A program made the translations under genes and the position numbers. From NCBI GenBank assembly GCA_946965045.2, contig OX337232.1, forward strand, positions 1,240,001-1,304,000: a stretch of DNA of 64,000 nucleotides, read 5' to 3'. The DNA comes from Epithemia pelagica. Lineage: Eukaryota > Protista > Bacillariophyta. Below are positions 62,892 through 64,000 of the stretch, piece by piece. The number at the start of each line of letters is the position of its first letter. The first letter of the stretch is position 1. The notes beneath the pieces are model-generated. The model ran no database searches. It worked only from the letters and a program-made list of their open reading frames with translations, and had not been told where the DNA came from.

Positions 62892-63914
62892 TCATCGGTG
62901 TTTGAGCACCAAAATGATCAACAGGACAAAAATAAGTGAGGAAAGACAAATTATACATCGCATGGGTCGTGCATTCTTTTGCGTTTCTTCCGCCTTTTCG
63001 AGTTGTTTGATTCCAGTTTTGGTATGTTCGACAACCGTTTCCATATTGTAATCAATGCGATCCAAAATGGTTCCTTGATCAATCACCAACACAGCCAATT
63101 CTTTGAAGATTTGTCCCAACTCTTCAATGGACTGTGCAATTTTGACAATCTCTTGGTCACGGCTACGAACCGCTTCTTGCAAATCATCCACCACTGCCAT
63201 TTGCTGAGTTGTAAAGAATTCTCCGCTACCACCACCGGGGCCACCACCACCAGCACCCCCTGATGAGGTACTCGCATTCAAGTCAATGCCGAACCGAGAA
63301 TCTGCACCCGCCACCAAACCACCACTTTTTTGAGTCTGCACTTCGGACAGATACTTTCTTTGTGATTGACGAAAGGTCACTGAAAGCTCTTGCAAGCGCT
63401 TTGCCAAGCTGATAATGTTCAGGGATTCATGCGCAGAGTTGCATCGTCAGATCCTTCCAAAGGAACAACACAGACACTAAGGAACCAAGTAATAAAACTT
63501 ACCTTCTTTGGATATTTGCTCCAATGGTCGCTTCTTGCCCCCCAGCTCGTTTGGTGGCAACACCAACTTTCTGTAAATGTCGCTCGGCAGTCCGAAAAGC
63601 ACTGGTAATGTCTTGAGTCAAGGCTTCAATTTTTCCTTCCATGTGTTCCAAGTCCCGACCAAAGACGGAACCCACTCGCTGCGAGTGCATTGATTGCAAG
63701 GTAGACATTTGCGTTTGAATTTCTGACAAACAATGTTCAACAGCATTGACATCTTCAACCCAGGCAGGAGGTTTGGGCGATCCACTGTTAAAGGTTGACA
63801 TTTGAATCCCTCCAGAACCATGACCCTCTTCCGCCAACATCAAATCGTGATGTTCCATGTTGACAGAGGAACTTCCACCACCGGCAGAAAGCTTCTTGTA
63901 CCCGTTTCCATGGT
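62892..63914 (-). CDS. STX16: Syntaxin-16/Tlg2-type Qa-SNARE, 5'-partial; exons 63503-63914 and 62892-63408
   Basis: PPAWVEDV, LAKRLQELSVTFRQSQRKYL, RDQEIVKIAQSIEELGQIFKELAVLVIDQGTILDRIDYN, C-terminal TM. Intron 63409-63502; an upstream intron appears to run off the window. Confidence 0.9.
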
Positions 63915-64000
63915 CTAGATAGGATTTATGTGAATGTCGAGAAATAATGAAACAAACGAAACAAGTGAGGGAGAAAGAGAACAAAAACGAGGGCAACCGA

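Overview
Gene-dense eukaryotic DNA that looks like a diatom or related stramenopile: short GT-AG introns (mostly 68-135 bp), signal-peptide+Phe plastid-type presequences, a type-II ArgC and a mitochondrial gamma-CA. The species cannot be determined from the sequence. Three zones alternate. (1) 1.8-9.8 kb: a 5'-truncated Ty3/Gypsy LTR retrotransposon whose gag is split by a 3.4-kb hAT-like non-autonomous element (17-bp TIRs, 8-bp TSD). (2) 10-31 kb and 48-64 kb: host genes (UTP18, RPS25, a lysine methyltransferase, a dual-specificity phosphatase, a YHS protein, a CER1/3-like alkane/alkene-forming enzyme, RPL3, MATE, a complex I 21-kDa subunit, RagA, frataxin-like, Mrc1/claspin-like, DPH4, ArgC, KTI12, TTC14-like, gamma-CA, syntaxin-16). 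Three of these genes carry a single stop or frameshift, or both. (3) 32-47.8 kb: a nest of TIR elements carrying host gene fragments, plus an apparently intact split-direct-repeat tyrosine-recombinase retrotransposon (Ngaro/PAT type, A1-ORFs-B1-A2-B2). The most notable signal is that this element's gag and RT/RNase H ORFs are in the same frame, separated by a single UGA-C codon with a possible stem-loop 9 nt downstream. That suggests gag-pol expression by stop-codon readthrough. All assignments come from manual motif reading; no searches were run.
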